From: an uncultured Clostridia bacterium
GTDB taxonomy: Bacteria > Bacillota > Clostridia > Lachnospirales > CAG-274
NCBI GenBank assembly: GCA_947630725.1
Contig: CANRIS010000001.1
Span: forward strand, 91,446 to 123,445
Length of the DNA: 32,000 bases
Reading direction: 5' to 3'
The position numbers and the translations under genes were made by a program. The notes beneath the pieces were generated by a model. It was given only the letters and a program-made list of their open reading frames with translations, ran no database searches and had not been told where the DNA came from. Shown here one piece after another: positions 16,619 through 26,148 of the stretch (position 1 is the stretch's first letter; every line of letters starts with the position of its first letter).

Positions 16619-17224
16619 TCACGCCTTGTCGGTCAAATCCAGCGAACACATATCCTCTATGACCTCCCACAGCTCGTCTCTGCCCTGTTTTGTGACCGAT
16701 GAAAAGGGTATTATGATCTCTCCGGGGACAAGTCCCAGAGAGGTTCTGAGGGTTTTTAAATACGAGGGGAGCCTGTTGCGGCTTATCTTGTCGCATTTTG
16801 TTGCGGCTATGACGATCCTGTATCCGTAGCAGCGGAGATAGTCAAGCATAATTATATCGTTCTTGCCCGCCTCGTGGCGTACGTCCACAAGAAGAATTAT
16901 GCCCTTAAGCTCCTTGCGGCCAAGGAGATATTCGTCCATCATAGGCCCCCACTTTGCCTGTTCGGCCTTTGATGCCTTTGCATAGCCATATCCGGGAAGA
17001 TCCACAAAATAGAGCATATCTTCGGCGATATAAAAATTTATTGTTCTTGTTTTTCCCGGGCTGCCGCTTGTTCTCGCAAGGGATTTCCTTCCGAGCATTG
17101 TGTTTATAAGGCTGGATTTTCCCACGTTAGACTTTCCTGCAAAAGCCACCTCGGGCAGACCGTTTTTGGGATATTGGGATTTTTTAACGGCTGTTTTGTC
17201 TATAGACGCTTTGTTTATAATCAT
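16619..17224 (-). CDS. engB: ribosome biogenesis GTP-binding protein YsxC/EngB
   Basis: G1 GKSNVGKSSLIN, G3 DLPGYG, G4 TKCDK. Its start overlaps the lon stop (ATGA). Confidence 0.92.
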   Translation of the reverse strand: MIINKASIDKTAVKKSQYPKNGLPEVAFAGKSNVGKSSLINTMLGRKSLARTSGSPGKTRTINFYIAEDMLYFVDLPGYGYAKASKAEQAKWGPMMDEYLLGRKELKGIILLVDVRHEAGKNDIIMLDYLRCYGYRIVIAATKCDKISRNRLPSYLKTLRTSLGLVPGEIIIPFSSVTKQGRDELWEVIEDMCSLDLTDKA

Positions 17225-19617
17225 ATTCTGCTCCCTATGCGAGGCTCACCGCTTTTTGAAAGTACGGGAGAGATGGCAGGCTGATTCAGTGCGCTTATAT
17301 TCTGAGGTTTTTCTCTCAGCGCAGCCCTCAGCACCTCGTCCACATTTTCGGCAAGCACAAATTTCATATTTTCCTTGGCATACTGCGGCAGTCTTTCGAG
17401 ATCGGCAGAATTGTCCATAGGCAGTATGACCGTATCTATGCCCACAGCCTTTGCCGCCAGCACCTTTTCTTTAAGTCCCCCTATGGGAAGGACTCTGCCT
17501 CTTATAGTGACCTCTCCCGTCATAGCCGTTTTGTTTCTTACTCTCATACCCGTAAGAGCCGAAACCATTGCCGTTGTCATTGTTATGCCTGCGGAGGGGC
17601 CGTCCTTCGGCACTGCTCCCTCGGGAATATGTATGTGTATGTCGGTTTTTTCAAAATCCGCATATATTCCGAGTTTTTCGGCATTTGCCCTTATATAGCT
17701 ATAAGCTGCATAAGAGGATTCTTCCATCACCTTGCCCACGTTGCCCGTGAGCTTTATGTTTCCGCCGCCCTTAAAGATGTTGACCTCTATGCGGAGAGTC
17801 GTGCCGCCCATTTTTGTCCATGCAAGCCCCGTAACCTCTCCTATGGGGTCTTCGGCCGATATTTTTTCATCGGGGAATTTTCTCGCCCCGAGATATTCAA
17901 AAAGCTTTTCACCGTTGACCGAAACGCTTTCGCATTCTCCCTTAAGAATTTCCCTGAGAGCCTTGCGGCATATTTTTCCTATCTGTCTTTCAAGCTCCCT
18001 TACGCCTGCTTCTCTCGTATAGCCCTCTATTATGTCGGAAAGCACCGAGGGCTTTATTCTGAGCTGTTTTGCCGAAAGGCCGTGAAAATCCCTCTGCTTT
18101 TTCAGCAGGTATTTTTTTGCTATTTCAAGCTTTTCTTCGGGAGTATAGCTCGAAAGCTCTATTATCTCCATTCTGTCCCTGAGCGCATCGGGTATGGTGT
18201 CAGCCGAATTTGCCGTGCATATAAAAAATACCTTTGATATGTCATAGGGCAGCTCTACATAATTGTCTCTGAATGAAAAATTCTGCTCCGTATCCAATAT
18301 TTCAAGAAGAGCCGCCGCAGGATCGCCCTTGTAGTCCTTGCCCACCTTGTCTATCTCGTCAAGCAGTACAAGGGGATTTGACGTATCGGCGCTTTTAAGG
18401 GCGTTTATTATTCTGCCGGGCATAGCGCCTATATAGGTTCTTCTGTGACCCCTCAGCTCAGCCTCATCGTGGAGACCTCCGAGAGACATTCTCACATATT
18501 TTCTGCCGAGCGCCCTCGCAACGGACTTGGCTACCGATGTTTTTCCCGTTCCGGGAGGGCCGACAAGACACAGCACGGGCGCATTTCTGTCCTCTCTGTA
18601 AAGCTTAAGAGCCAGATACTCCGAAACTCTCTCCTTTACCTCTTCAAGACCATAATGGTCTTTTTCCAATATTCTTTCGGCTCGTTTCAGATCCCTGTTG
18701 TCTTTTGTATATTTTCCCCACGGCAGAGAAAGCACAAGCTCTATATAATCCCTGCAGACAGAGGCCTCGGCAGTCATAGGCGGCAGCTTTTCGTATCGTA
18801 TAAGCTCTTTTTCAAGTTTTTCTTTTGCCTCTGCCGAAAGAGCCGATTTTTTGATTTTTTCTTCAAGCTCTGCGACCTCGCCGCCGTCCTTTAGCTCATC
18901 GGAGATTATTTTGAGCTGTTCTCTCAGTATGTTTTCTCTCTGCATTTTGTCAAAGCTTATTCTGACTTTTTCGTCTATTTCCCGCTTTATTTTAAGGACT
19001 GCGTTTTCGGATCTGAAAAGCCTTAAAAGCTCTATGGCTCTCGCCTTTATGGGTACGGTTTCCAGAAGTCTCTGCTTATCCTCTATTCTGAAGTCTATTC
19101 TGGCTCCCATTATGTTTATTATAAGGCTCGGATTTTTCACTCTCATAAGCTCGTCAAAAAATTCTCTGTCAAACCTTCCCGATGAAACGCAGTATCTTTC
19201 AAAGTCCTCCTTTATAAGATCGAGTATGGCCTTTTTTTCGGTTTCGTCCTCAAAATCATCTATGGAGCCTGAAAGATACGCAAACTCTCCCATAAAATAA
19301 TCTCCCGTATCGGACATTGAAAAGAGCCTTATTCTGTCCGTGCATTTCACTACCGCTCTGTCTGTATCCGATGACACCTTAAAGACCTGTTTTATAAAGG
19401 CTTCGACTCCCACGTCGTAAAGATCTCCCCTTACAATATCCTCTTTTGTTGTGTCGTTCTGCGAAACAAGCAGTACTCTCCTGTCCGAGGCCATAGCCTC
19501 CGACAAGGCGTTTTTTGAGGCTTCACGTCTTAAGTCAAACAAAAGCTCCACACCGGGAAAAGGCACTATCCCCCTGAGAGGTACAAGAGGCAGCAAGGAA
19601 GTTTCTTTCTTTTTCAT
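17221..19617 (-). CDS. lon: ATP-dependent protease LonA
   Basis: 798 aa. Walker A GPPGTGKTS, Walker B LVLLDEIDK, protease serine motif PKDGPSAGITM, and lysine in GGLKEKVLAAK. Confidence 0.96.
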   Translation of the reverse strand: MKKKETSLLPLVPLRGIVPFPGVELLFDLRREASKNALSEAMASDRRVLLVSQNDTTKEDIVRGDLYDVGVEAFIKQVFKVSSDTDRAVVKCTDRIRLFSMSDTGDYFMGEFAYLSGSIDDFEDETEKKAILDLIKEDFERYCVSSGRFDREFFDELMRVKNPSLIINIMGARIDFRIEDKQRLLETVPIKARAIELLRLFRSENAVLKIKREIDEKVRISFDKMQRENILREQLKIISDELKDGGEVAELEEKIKKSALSAEAKEKLEKELIRYEKLPPMTAEASVCRDYIELVLSLPWGKYTKDNRDLKRAERILEKDHYGLEEVKERVSEYLALKLYREDRNAPVLCLVGPPGTGKTSVAKSVARALGRKYVRMSLGGLHDEAELRGHRRTYIGAMPGRIINALKSADTSNPLVLLDEIDKVGKDYKGDPAAALLEILDTEQNFSFRDNYVELPYDISKVFFICTANSADTIPDALRDRMEIIELSSYTPEEKLEIAKKYLLKKQRDFHGLSAKQLRIKPSVLSDIIEGYTREAGVRELERQIGKICRKALREILKGECESVSVNGEKLFEYLGARKFPDEKISAEDPIGEVTGLAWTKMGGTTLRIEVNIFKGGGNIKLTGNVGKVMEESSYAAYSYIRANAEKLGIYADFEKTDIHIHIPEGAVPKDGPSAGITMTTAMVSALTGMRVRNKTAMTGEVTIRGRVLPIGGLKEKVLAAKAVGIDTVILPMDNSADLERLPQYAKENMKFVLAENVDEVLRAALREKPQNISALNQPAISPVLSKSGEPRIGSRI

Positions 19618-20002
19618 ATCCGAATCACCTGTAATAAAAATAATACTTTTTTATGCCGTATATACATTGAGATCTTATAGGAACAGACAGCCATGGGCAT
19701 ATACATAAAAGCCTGTCTGCCGCATATTTAAAATTTTCGGGACGCACACAGGTCTTTATTGTATAATAACAAATTTCAGCCAATTTTACAAGTCTTTTAA
19801 AAATTAAAGTAAAATTTTTGTCATACAGGGTTTTAAGTCCGACGGCAGTTCTTTCTAATGTAATTTTAATATTGTATTAATAGGTGTATAAAAATAATCC
19901 TATAAAATAATTGTCAATAGTGAGGTTTTGTTATATATGGATTTTTGATGTATTCGGGTGTATAATAAATTCAGCTTTATATAACGAGAAAGGAGAAAAT
20001 AA

Positions 20003-20701
20003 GTGGAAGGTAAAACAAAGGTATTGATCGTGGAGGACGAGGCAAAGCTTTCAAGGTTTGTGGAGCTTGAGCTTAAGCACGAGGGTTATGACGTTGTTAT
20101 TGCATCGGACGGAAGAAAGGCCATAGAGGTTTTTGAGGAGGAGGCTCCCGATATAATTCTTCTTGACCTTATGCTGCCCGGTCTTAGCGGAATAGAGGTA
20201 TGCCGCAGGATAAGAAAAACCTCGGCGGTTCCCATAATAATGATAACGGCAAAGGGCGAAACTATGGACAAGGTCATGGGGCTTGACAGCGGAGCAGACG
20301 ACTATATAACAAAGCCCTTCGCCATAGAGGAGGTTTTTGCGAGGATAAGGGTTGCCCTTAAGCATAAAAGAAAGGACGCCGACACCTCGGACGAAAACAG
20401 GCTTAAGGTCAGAAACCTTACCCTTGATCTCGGCTCCCGTACCGTAAGACTGGACGACAACAATATAGAACTGACAAAAAGAGAATTTGATCTTCTTGCT
20501 TTTCTTGTAAAAAACAAGAACATTGTAATATCAAGGGAACAGATCCTCAACAAGGTCTGGGGATATAACTACTTCGGAGAAACCAATGTGGTAGACGTTT
20601 ATATAAGATATTTGAGGACAAAAATAGACGATAAGTATAATCAGAAGTTTATTCATACGATTCGTGGTGTAGGATATTATGTTAAAGACGATGAAGAATA
20701 A
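20003..20701 (+). CDS. OmpR/PhoB-family response regulator
   Basis: GTG start with AAGGAG 7 nt upstream. Receiver domain (VLIVEDE, ILLDLMLPG, ITAKG) plus a winged-helix C-terminus (LTKREFDLLAFL...IHTIRGVGY). Confidence 0.93.
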   Translation: MEGKTKVLIVEDEAKLSRFVELELKHEGYDVVIASDGRKAIEVFEEEAPDIILLDLMLPGLSGIEVCRRIRKTSAVPIIMITAKGETMDKVMGLDSGADDYITKPFAIEEVFARIRVALKHKRKDADTSDENRLKVRNLTLDLGSRTVRLDDNNIELTKREFDLLAFLVKNKNIVISREQILNKVWGYNYFGETNVVDVYIRYLRTKIDDKYNQKFIHTIRGVGYYVKDDEE

Positions 20702-22094
20702 GATCGCAGAAAAATTCAGAAAAATCCCCATAGGAAAAAAAATCACCGTGCTGTATGCAGGCGTTTTTACTGTGGCTCTTATTCTCACCTCGATATTTAT
20801 ATTTACAAATCTGTGGTATTATTATCGTGACAACTCAAAAAAGGAGCTTCTCGATACCATAAAAAAAATCGAGAGCTTTATAACAGACGGCGGAGATGTA
20901 ACCGTAGAAAATATAAACGGGCTTATCAGAGACAAGAACATAGAGGCAAGAATCGTCATAAAAAACGGAATAGACTCCTGGTCGGACACAAACCCCAAAA
21001 TGAACCCCGGAGACGATGGCGAGTCAAGCGGCAGAGCCGTGCTTAAAAGCTATAAGTTTATGGGGGAGAAGTATCTGTATTGTGAAAAGACAATAAACTA
21101 TAACAACAGCTCATATATAATACAGGCTTTCAGGCTGTATGAGTCGGAGGCTCAGATATTGGGATTTCTGGCGTTTGTATTTGTGGGAGTAAACATACTC
21201 GGCATAATATCCGCCTATCTTTTAGGGGTTCTCATAAGCAAGAAATTTCTTAAGCCTGTTACAGATATTACCGATACTGCCGAAAAAATCAGTATTTCCG
21301 ATCTGAATCTGCGGATTGAAGTTCCCGAGGCCGATGATGAGATAAGGACTCTCGCTCTCACATTCAACGATATGATAAAAAGGCTTGAAACATCGTTTGA
21401 GAGCCAAAAGCAGTTTATATCGGACGCATCTCACGAATTCAGAACGCCCATAGCGGTCATACAGGGGTATGCAAACCTTATTTCACGCTGGGGAAAAAGC
21501 AATCCCGAGGTTCTCGATGAGGCTATTTCTTCTATAAAAGCCGAATCGGAATATATGTCCGGAATGATAAACCAGATGCTTTATCTCGCAAGAGGCGAAA
21601 AAAAGGGAACCGAGGTCAAAAGGACCGCCTTTTGTCTCAACGATCTTATTTCGGAAATATTGAAGGATTTTGAGGTTATGGACGTAGACGCCGAAATATC
21701 ATTTGAGGAGGAAGGCTCCGTATATATTCTGGCAGAAGAAAACCTCATAAAGCAACTGATACAGATATTTCTTGAAAATGCCGTAAAATACGGCAAACCC
21801 GAAGGAAAGATAATTCACCTATCGCTTAAGCGTGACGGAAACGGAAGCGTTGTACTTGTCATAGCGGACAACGGCATAGGTATCTCGGAGGAGGATCTGC
21901 CGAGGATATTTGAAAGATTTTATCGTGGAGACAAGTCAAGAAACAAAGAAACTCCCGGAACGGGTCTGGGACTTTCGATAGCAAAGACCATAGTAAACAA
22001 CCACGGCGGCAAGATCACCGTAAAAAGCAAGGTGGGAGAGGGTACTGCTTTCAGTATATATCTGCCCGAATATACACCCGATGAAGATAAGTAA
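20679..22094 (+). CDS. sensor histidine kinase (two TM segments, HAMP, HisKA, HATPase_c)
   Basis: H-box SHEFRTPI, N-box ENAVKYG, G1 DNGIGI, G2 GTGLGLSI. It overlaps the RR gene by 23 nt; ATG 20691 is an alternative start. Confidence 0.9.
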   Translation: MLKTMKNKIAEKFRKIPIGKKITVLYAGVFTVALILTSIFIFTNLWYYYRDNSKKELLDTIKKIESFITDGGDVTVENINGLIRDKNIEARIVIKNGIDSWSDTNPKMNPGDDGESSGRAVLKSYKFMGEKYLYCEKTINYNNSSYIIQAFRLYESEAQILGFLAFVFVGVNILGIISAYLLGVLISKKFLKPVTDITDTAEKISISDLNLRIEVPEADDEIRTLALTFNDMIKRLETSFESQKQFISDASHEFRTPIAVIQGYANLISRWGKSNPEVLDEAISSIKAESEYMSGMINQMLYLARGEKKGTEVKRTAFCLNDLISEILKDFEVMDVDAEISFEEEGSVYILAEENLIKQLIQIFLENAVKYGKPEGKIIHLSLKRDGNGSVVLVIADNGIGISEEDLPRIFERFYRGDKSRNKETPGTGLGLSIAKTIVNNHGGKITVKSKVGEGTAFSIYLPEYTPDEDK

Positions 22095-22111
22095 CAATAA
22101 ATAACAATAAT

Positions 22112-22151
22112 AAATAACAAAAGCCGAAGGGGGTTGAGAAACTCCACCCCC
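22112..22151 (-). terminator. minus-strand rho-independent terminator (probably for the Lon-like gene)
   Basis: GGGGGTTGAG (22129-22138) pairs with CTCCACCCCC (22142-22151) at 9/10 bp. On the minus strand it is followed by TTCGGCTTTTGTTATTT. Confidence 0.55.
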
Positions 22152-22321
22152 CCCCATATAGATCTTATGGACTTTTACGTTTGTGTAGACATTACGGTGT
22201 GGCAGAGAAAAGGTTCGCCTATGGAAGTCTCTCTTGATATGCCAAAACAAAACCGACTCCGCTTGAATTGCGAAGCCGGTTCGTTGTTTAATTTAATTCA
22301 CCATAGGGGCTATTTTGCACT

Positions 22322-22380
22322 GTACCCACAGAATAGTTCGGTTCACATTTTACCGGAGGGTACTTATTGTTTTTTATTTT
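22322..22380 (+). terminator. plus-strand rho-independent terminator (probably for the RR-HK operon)
   Basis: Composite stem: GTACCC (22322-22327) / GGGTAC (22358-22363) and TTCGGT (22337-22342) / ACCGGA (22352-22357). It is followed by TTATTGTTTTTTATTTTT. Confidence 0.55.
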
Positions 22381-22391
22381 TATAAACAGGT

Positions 22392-24746
22392 TTAATCCTC
22401 TTTGCTTTTGGTATAATAGCTTTTAAGCTTTTCGTATGCTTTTTTGTGAACGTCCGCAGCCTTTTCGCCTGTCAGAAGCTCTATGCCCTCGTCTATGGTT
22501 TCTATGGCATATATGCTGAAGTTGCCGTCCTTTATGGATCTTAGTATTTCGTCCTTAAGCACAAGCTCATTTATATTTTGGGCGGGTATTATGACCCCTT
22601 GGGTACCCGTAAATCCCTTCATTTTGCATATGTCATAAAATCCCTCTGTTTTGTGGGTCACGCCGCCTACGGGCTGTATCTCTCCGAACTGGTTGACGCT
22701 GCCCGTTACCGCAAGATCCTGTCTCAGAGGAGTGTCGGAAAGGCTTGACACGATCGCATATATTTCGGCGGAGGATGCAGAGTCTCCGTCTATGCCGCCG
22801 TAGCTCTGTTCAAAACAGAGCCTGCCCGAAAAGCACAGAGGAAAATCCTGAGCGTATTTCTGTCCCAGATAGCCTGTGATGACCTGAACGCCCTTTGTGT
22901 GTATCTCGCCCGAAAGCTCGCTCTCTTTTTCTATGTTTACAAGTCCCGCTCTGCCCATATATGTTGTGGCGGTGATCCTTGTGGGTCTGCCAAAAACCGA
23001 ACCGTATGCCTCGGACACCGAAAGACCGTTTATGCGGCCTGTTTTTTTGCCACATACGTCAATGAGCATTTCTCCGTCACGATACATTTCGTCCAGCTTA
23101 TCCTCATAGAGGGATATTCTTTCGTGAGAGCGCTCAACCGCCTTTTCGATATGCTCTTTGGTTATAGCCCTGCAGCCCTCGCCACAGGCGATAGCGTCAG
23201 CCTCGGTTATAATTTCGTTGAGACCCGTGAAAACAGCCGTCAGCTTATCTTTTTTTCCGCTGATTCTTTTTGAATATTTTATTATCTCCGTTATGGCTGT
23301 CGGGTCGGAGGGGAGAATGTCGTTTTTGTCCGAAAAATCCCTTATATAGCCTATGAGCTTTCGGAGGTTTTCTTCGGATCTGTTCATTTCATAGTCGAAA
23401 AACGCCGAAACCTTGAAAAGCTTTGGCACCTCTTCGTCATATTCTCTCAAAAGCTCATAATGAATACCCGATGCCACGACAATTATTTTCCCCGTAAATT
23501 TCACAGGCTCGGGCTTAAGGGTCGTTATTGAAATGCCCGAAAACTGATAGTCCTTTATGGGCTCTATGGCGATTTCTCCCGTTTTGAGGACTCTTTTTAT
23601 GGTTTCCCACGAAAAAGGAGATGCCAGAAGATCGCCAAGCTGAAGTATCAGGTATCCTCCGTTTGCCTTGTGGAGCAGACCGGGCATTATTTTCATAAAA
23701 TCTGTGGTATAGTTTCCGTATTCGCTGTCAAACTCTATCTCGCCCACAAGGCCCATATAATTGGGGTTGTAGCTGACTATGACGGGCGCTCCTTCAAGAG
23801 AAGAATTGTCCACAAAAAGATTGACGTCATATTTATGAAGCGCTTCTTCGGGGGTTTTTCTCGACATAAAGGGCATCACGGCGGAGAGTATGTCGTCGCT
23901 TTCATCGCTGTCGCTCTGTGTAAACATATCCAGATTTGAAAGCACGTCCTCCTTAAGGTTCATAATATATTCCGAGACTTTTTTGTTCTCCTTGTACCTC
24001 TCCTGAATAGGTGAAAAAAATCTCCCCAGAGTAAAAAGCCCCACGTTATAGTCCATATCGTATATTTCTTTTTTTATTTCATTTTCTGCGTCTCTTGCCT
24101 CTTTGATGTATTCGTCAGCCATTTCCATAACGAGGTTTGTTTTTTTGCCAAACTCCTCCTTGACTTCTTCGCTCAGACTGTCATACTCATCGTCCGATAT
24201 GACTTTTCCGTCAATTATGGGAGTAACCGTAAGACCGCCGCCGCCGTTTTTGACAGAAAAGCCCTGTTCTCTTGCGGCATCGTTTATCTGCTTTACGGCG
24301 TTGTCTCTTTTTGACTGTATTCTCCTTATAAAATGCTCCTTGTCCTTTTCGTATGCGGCGGTTGCGTATGCTTTCGGAATCTCCACGGTCAGCGTGTTCA
24401 TAAGCTCGGAGATCTCGGCTTTGAAAACCTCTCCCTGTCCTGCCGAAAATTCCAGCATAAGCGGACGTCTCGGATCCCTGAAGTTGTATACATAGCATAT
24501 ATCGGGAGGCACGGCCTCTTTTGCTGCCGCCGCCTCGGCTGCCTTTCGCGCAAAGTCGGTTCTTCCGCAGCCCGTTCTGCCAACTGCGAATATGTTGTAG
24601 CCCTTTTTCTTTATGTCAAGGCCGAATTTCAGAGCTTTGAGAGCACGCTCCTGACCTATAGGCTCGTCTGTTTTTATTTCTCCGAGCTGCTGTATATCCT
24701 CATCATATAAAAGCTCGCTGTATTCAAGTTTTTTTACCATAGGCAT
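22392..24746 (-). CDS. Lon-like protease, AAA_32/LonC-type (degenerate P-loop, intact Lon protease domain)
   Basis: N-terminal IGQERALKALKFGL...GYNIFAVGRTGCGRT, a long helical insert and a C-terminal Lon protease domain (GGIDGDSASSAE, GGVTHKTEGF). The start may be ATG 24746 or 24740; AAGGGG lies upstream. Confidence 0.8.
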   Translation of the reverse strand: MPMVKKLEYSELLYDEDIQQLGEIKTDEPIGQERALKALKFGLDIKKKGYNIFAVGRTGCGRTDFARKAAEAAAAKEAVPPDICYVYNFRDPRRPLMLEFSAGQGEVFKAEISELMNTLTVEIPKAYATAAYEKDKEHFIRRIQSKRDNAVKQINDAAREQGFSVKNGGGGLTVTPIIDGKVISDDEYDSLSEEVKEEFGKKTNLVMEMADEYIKEARDAENEIKKEIYDMDYNVGLFTLGRFFSPIQERYKENKKVSEYIMNLKEDVLSNLDMFTQSDSDESDDILSAVMPFMSRKTPEEALHKYDVNLFVDNSSLEGAPVIVSYNPNYMGLVGEIEFDSEYGNYTTDFMKIMPGLLHKANGGYLILQLGDLLASPFSWETIKRVLKTGEIAIEPIKDYQFSGISITTLKPEPVKFTGKIIVVASGIHYELLREYDEEVPKLFKVSAFFDYEMNRSEENLRKLIGYIRDFSDKNDILPSDPTAITEIIKYSKRISGKKDKLTAVFTGLNEIITEADAIACGEGCRAITKEHIEKAVERSHERISLYEDKLDEMYRDGEMLIDVCGKKTGRINGLSVSEAYGSVFGRPTRITATTYMGRAGLVNIEKESELSGEIHTKGVQVITGYLGQKYAQDFPLCFSGRLCFEQSYGGIDGDSASSAEIYAIVSSLSDTPLRQDLAVTGSVNQFGEIQPVGGVTHKTEGFYDICKMKGFTGTQGVIIPAQNINELVLKDEILRSIKDGNFSIYAIETIDEGIELLTGEKAADVHKKAYEKLKSYYTKSKED

Positions 24747-24777
24747 ATACACCCCTTATATAAAAAATTATATTTCG

Positions 24778-24956
24778 TCATCAAAATGCAGCCGCATTTT
24801 GATGAGAGCCAAATGTGCGTGCCGGGCAAGCCGGCGACTTCATTTGGATAAAGGAATATAAATTTCAATTTGTTCCAAAAACTACGTTTTTTCGCAAATT
24901 GAAATTTATTCCTCGGGTGGGCAAAGCTCACCCTGCGGATTAAAGTCTGCGACGCT
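24778..24956 (-). repeat. mosaic hairpin-cassette repeat (locus C), inverted relative to locus B
   Basis: 12-bp perfect hairpin at 24778-24805; core GCGACTTCATTTGG at 24834-24847; 18-bp AT-rich hairpin 24853-24872 / 24895-24912; end motif TTAAAGTCTGCGAC at 24940-24953. Confidence 0.8.
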
Positions 24957-25026
24957 GCATATAATATATTTATTGAATATTTTTCTTTTTATTAAGTGGA
25001 TTTACTTTTTCGACACGCTGAACCTG

Positions 25027-26148
25027 TCAGAGTTTTTTCCACATTATGACGGCGCTTTCGTGATTGTCGCTGTAATAGTCGGGTCTTAAGCCCTCGCTTC
25101 TGAAACCGTATTTTTCATAGAGCTTAAGAGCCTTTGAGTTGCTGACTCTTGCCTCGAGGGTTATGCCGATCATTTCTTTTTCTTTGGCAAGCCTTATGAG
25201 AGCCTCCATAAGCCTGCCTCCGAGACCCTTGCCCTGTTCTTCGGGAGTTATGGCTATGTTGGTAATATGCCCCTCGTTTATGACGTGCCACATACCGCCG
25301 TAGCCCACTATTTTTCCGGCCTTTTCACATATAATATAATATGTAAGCCCGTTTTTATAGTCGTCCTCTATCATTTTTTTTGACCATGGCTCGGCAAAGC
25401 ATTTTTTTTCGATCTCGGCTATGCCGTCTATGTCGCTTTCGTTCATTTCTCTGAGGATTACGCTGTTCTGCCTTTCTTCAAGCTCTCTTTCTGCCTGAGA
25501 TTTTCTCAGATACATAAGCCTTACGTCCTCGGGAGAGGCTGCGTTTGTTATGCTTTTTTCGGCAAGAACGCCGAGACAGGCCGCTCTTTGTATATTTGCG
25601 GCGGGGTTAGCCGCCGAAAAGCCTGCATCCTCTATTTCCTTTCGGAATGCGCAGGCTCCGTCCCCAAGAAAAACTGCGTTTTTGTCTATATTCTTTACTA
25701 TATCTATGACCTCGTTTATGTCCTTTGCGTCATAATCCCATATTCTTTCGATATTGCCGCAGCAGGTCTTATAAATGCTGAAATAGACCTGATTTCTTCT
25801 TGCGTCCATAACGGGCACCGCCAGTCTGCCGCTTTCGGCTGCACCCATAGCTATGACGTCAAGAGTGGGAACGGGTATGAGCTTTTTATTCAGAGCCGCA
25901 GCCAGCCCCTTTGCGCAGCCCATACCTATGCGCAGACCCGTAAACGACCCCGGCCCCGAGGTTATGGCGATAAAATCTATTTCGTTTTTGTCAAATCCGA
26001 GAAAACCAAGCAGATTTTCGACAAGAGGCATAAGTGTCTCGGAATGTGTCTTTTTATAATTCAGAAAAAATTCTCCCAAGACCTTTCCGTCCGAGACAAT
26101 AGCTGCGCTCGCCGCAAGTCCGCTTGAATCAAGAGCCAGTATGTTCAT
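25027..26148 (-). CDS. tsaB: TsaB (t6A dimerisation subunit) fused to RimI-type N-acetyltransferase
   Basis: N-terminal ~228 aa MNILALDSSGLAASAAIV...SGPGSFTGLRIG is TsaB/YeaZ. The C-terminal ~145 aa VILREMNESDIDGIAEIEKKCF...QGKGLGGRLM...LYEKYGF is a GNAT/RimI domain. It is one uninterrupted ORF. Confidence 0.88.
   Translation of the reverse strand: MNILALDSSGLAASAAIVSDGKVLGEFFLNYKKTHSETLMPLVENLLGFLGFDKNEIDFIAITSGPGSFTGLRIGMGCAKGLAAALNKKLIPVPTLDVIAMGAAESGRLAVPVMDARRNQVYFSIYKTCCGNIERIWDYDAKDINEVIDIVKNIDKNAVFLGDGACAFRKEIEDAGFSAANPAANIQRAACLGVLAEKSITNAASPEDVRLMYLRKSQAERELEERQNSVILREMNESDIDGIAEIEKKCFAEPWSKKMIEDDYKNGLTYYIICEKAGKIVGYGGMWHVINEGHITNIAITPEEQGKGLGGRLMEALIRLAKEKEMIGITLEARVSNSKALKLYEKYGFRSEGLRPDYYSDNHESAVIMWKKL

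Noticed and set aside
22134-22385. 83-aa ORF between the HK and Lon-like genes
   Set aside because: It has no RBS, and it spans both terminator hairpins and a stem-loop.
22392-24746. BrxL-type Lon-like protease of a BREX/Pgl defence system
   Set aside because: There is no methyltransferase, PglZ, BrxA/B/C or any other defence gene nearby. The neighbours are a two-component system and t6A genes.
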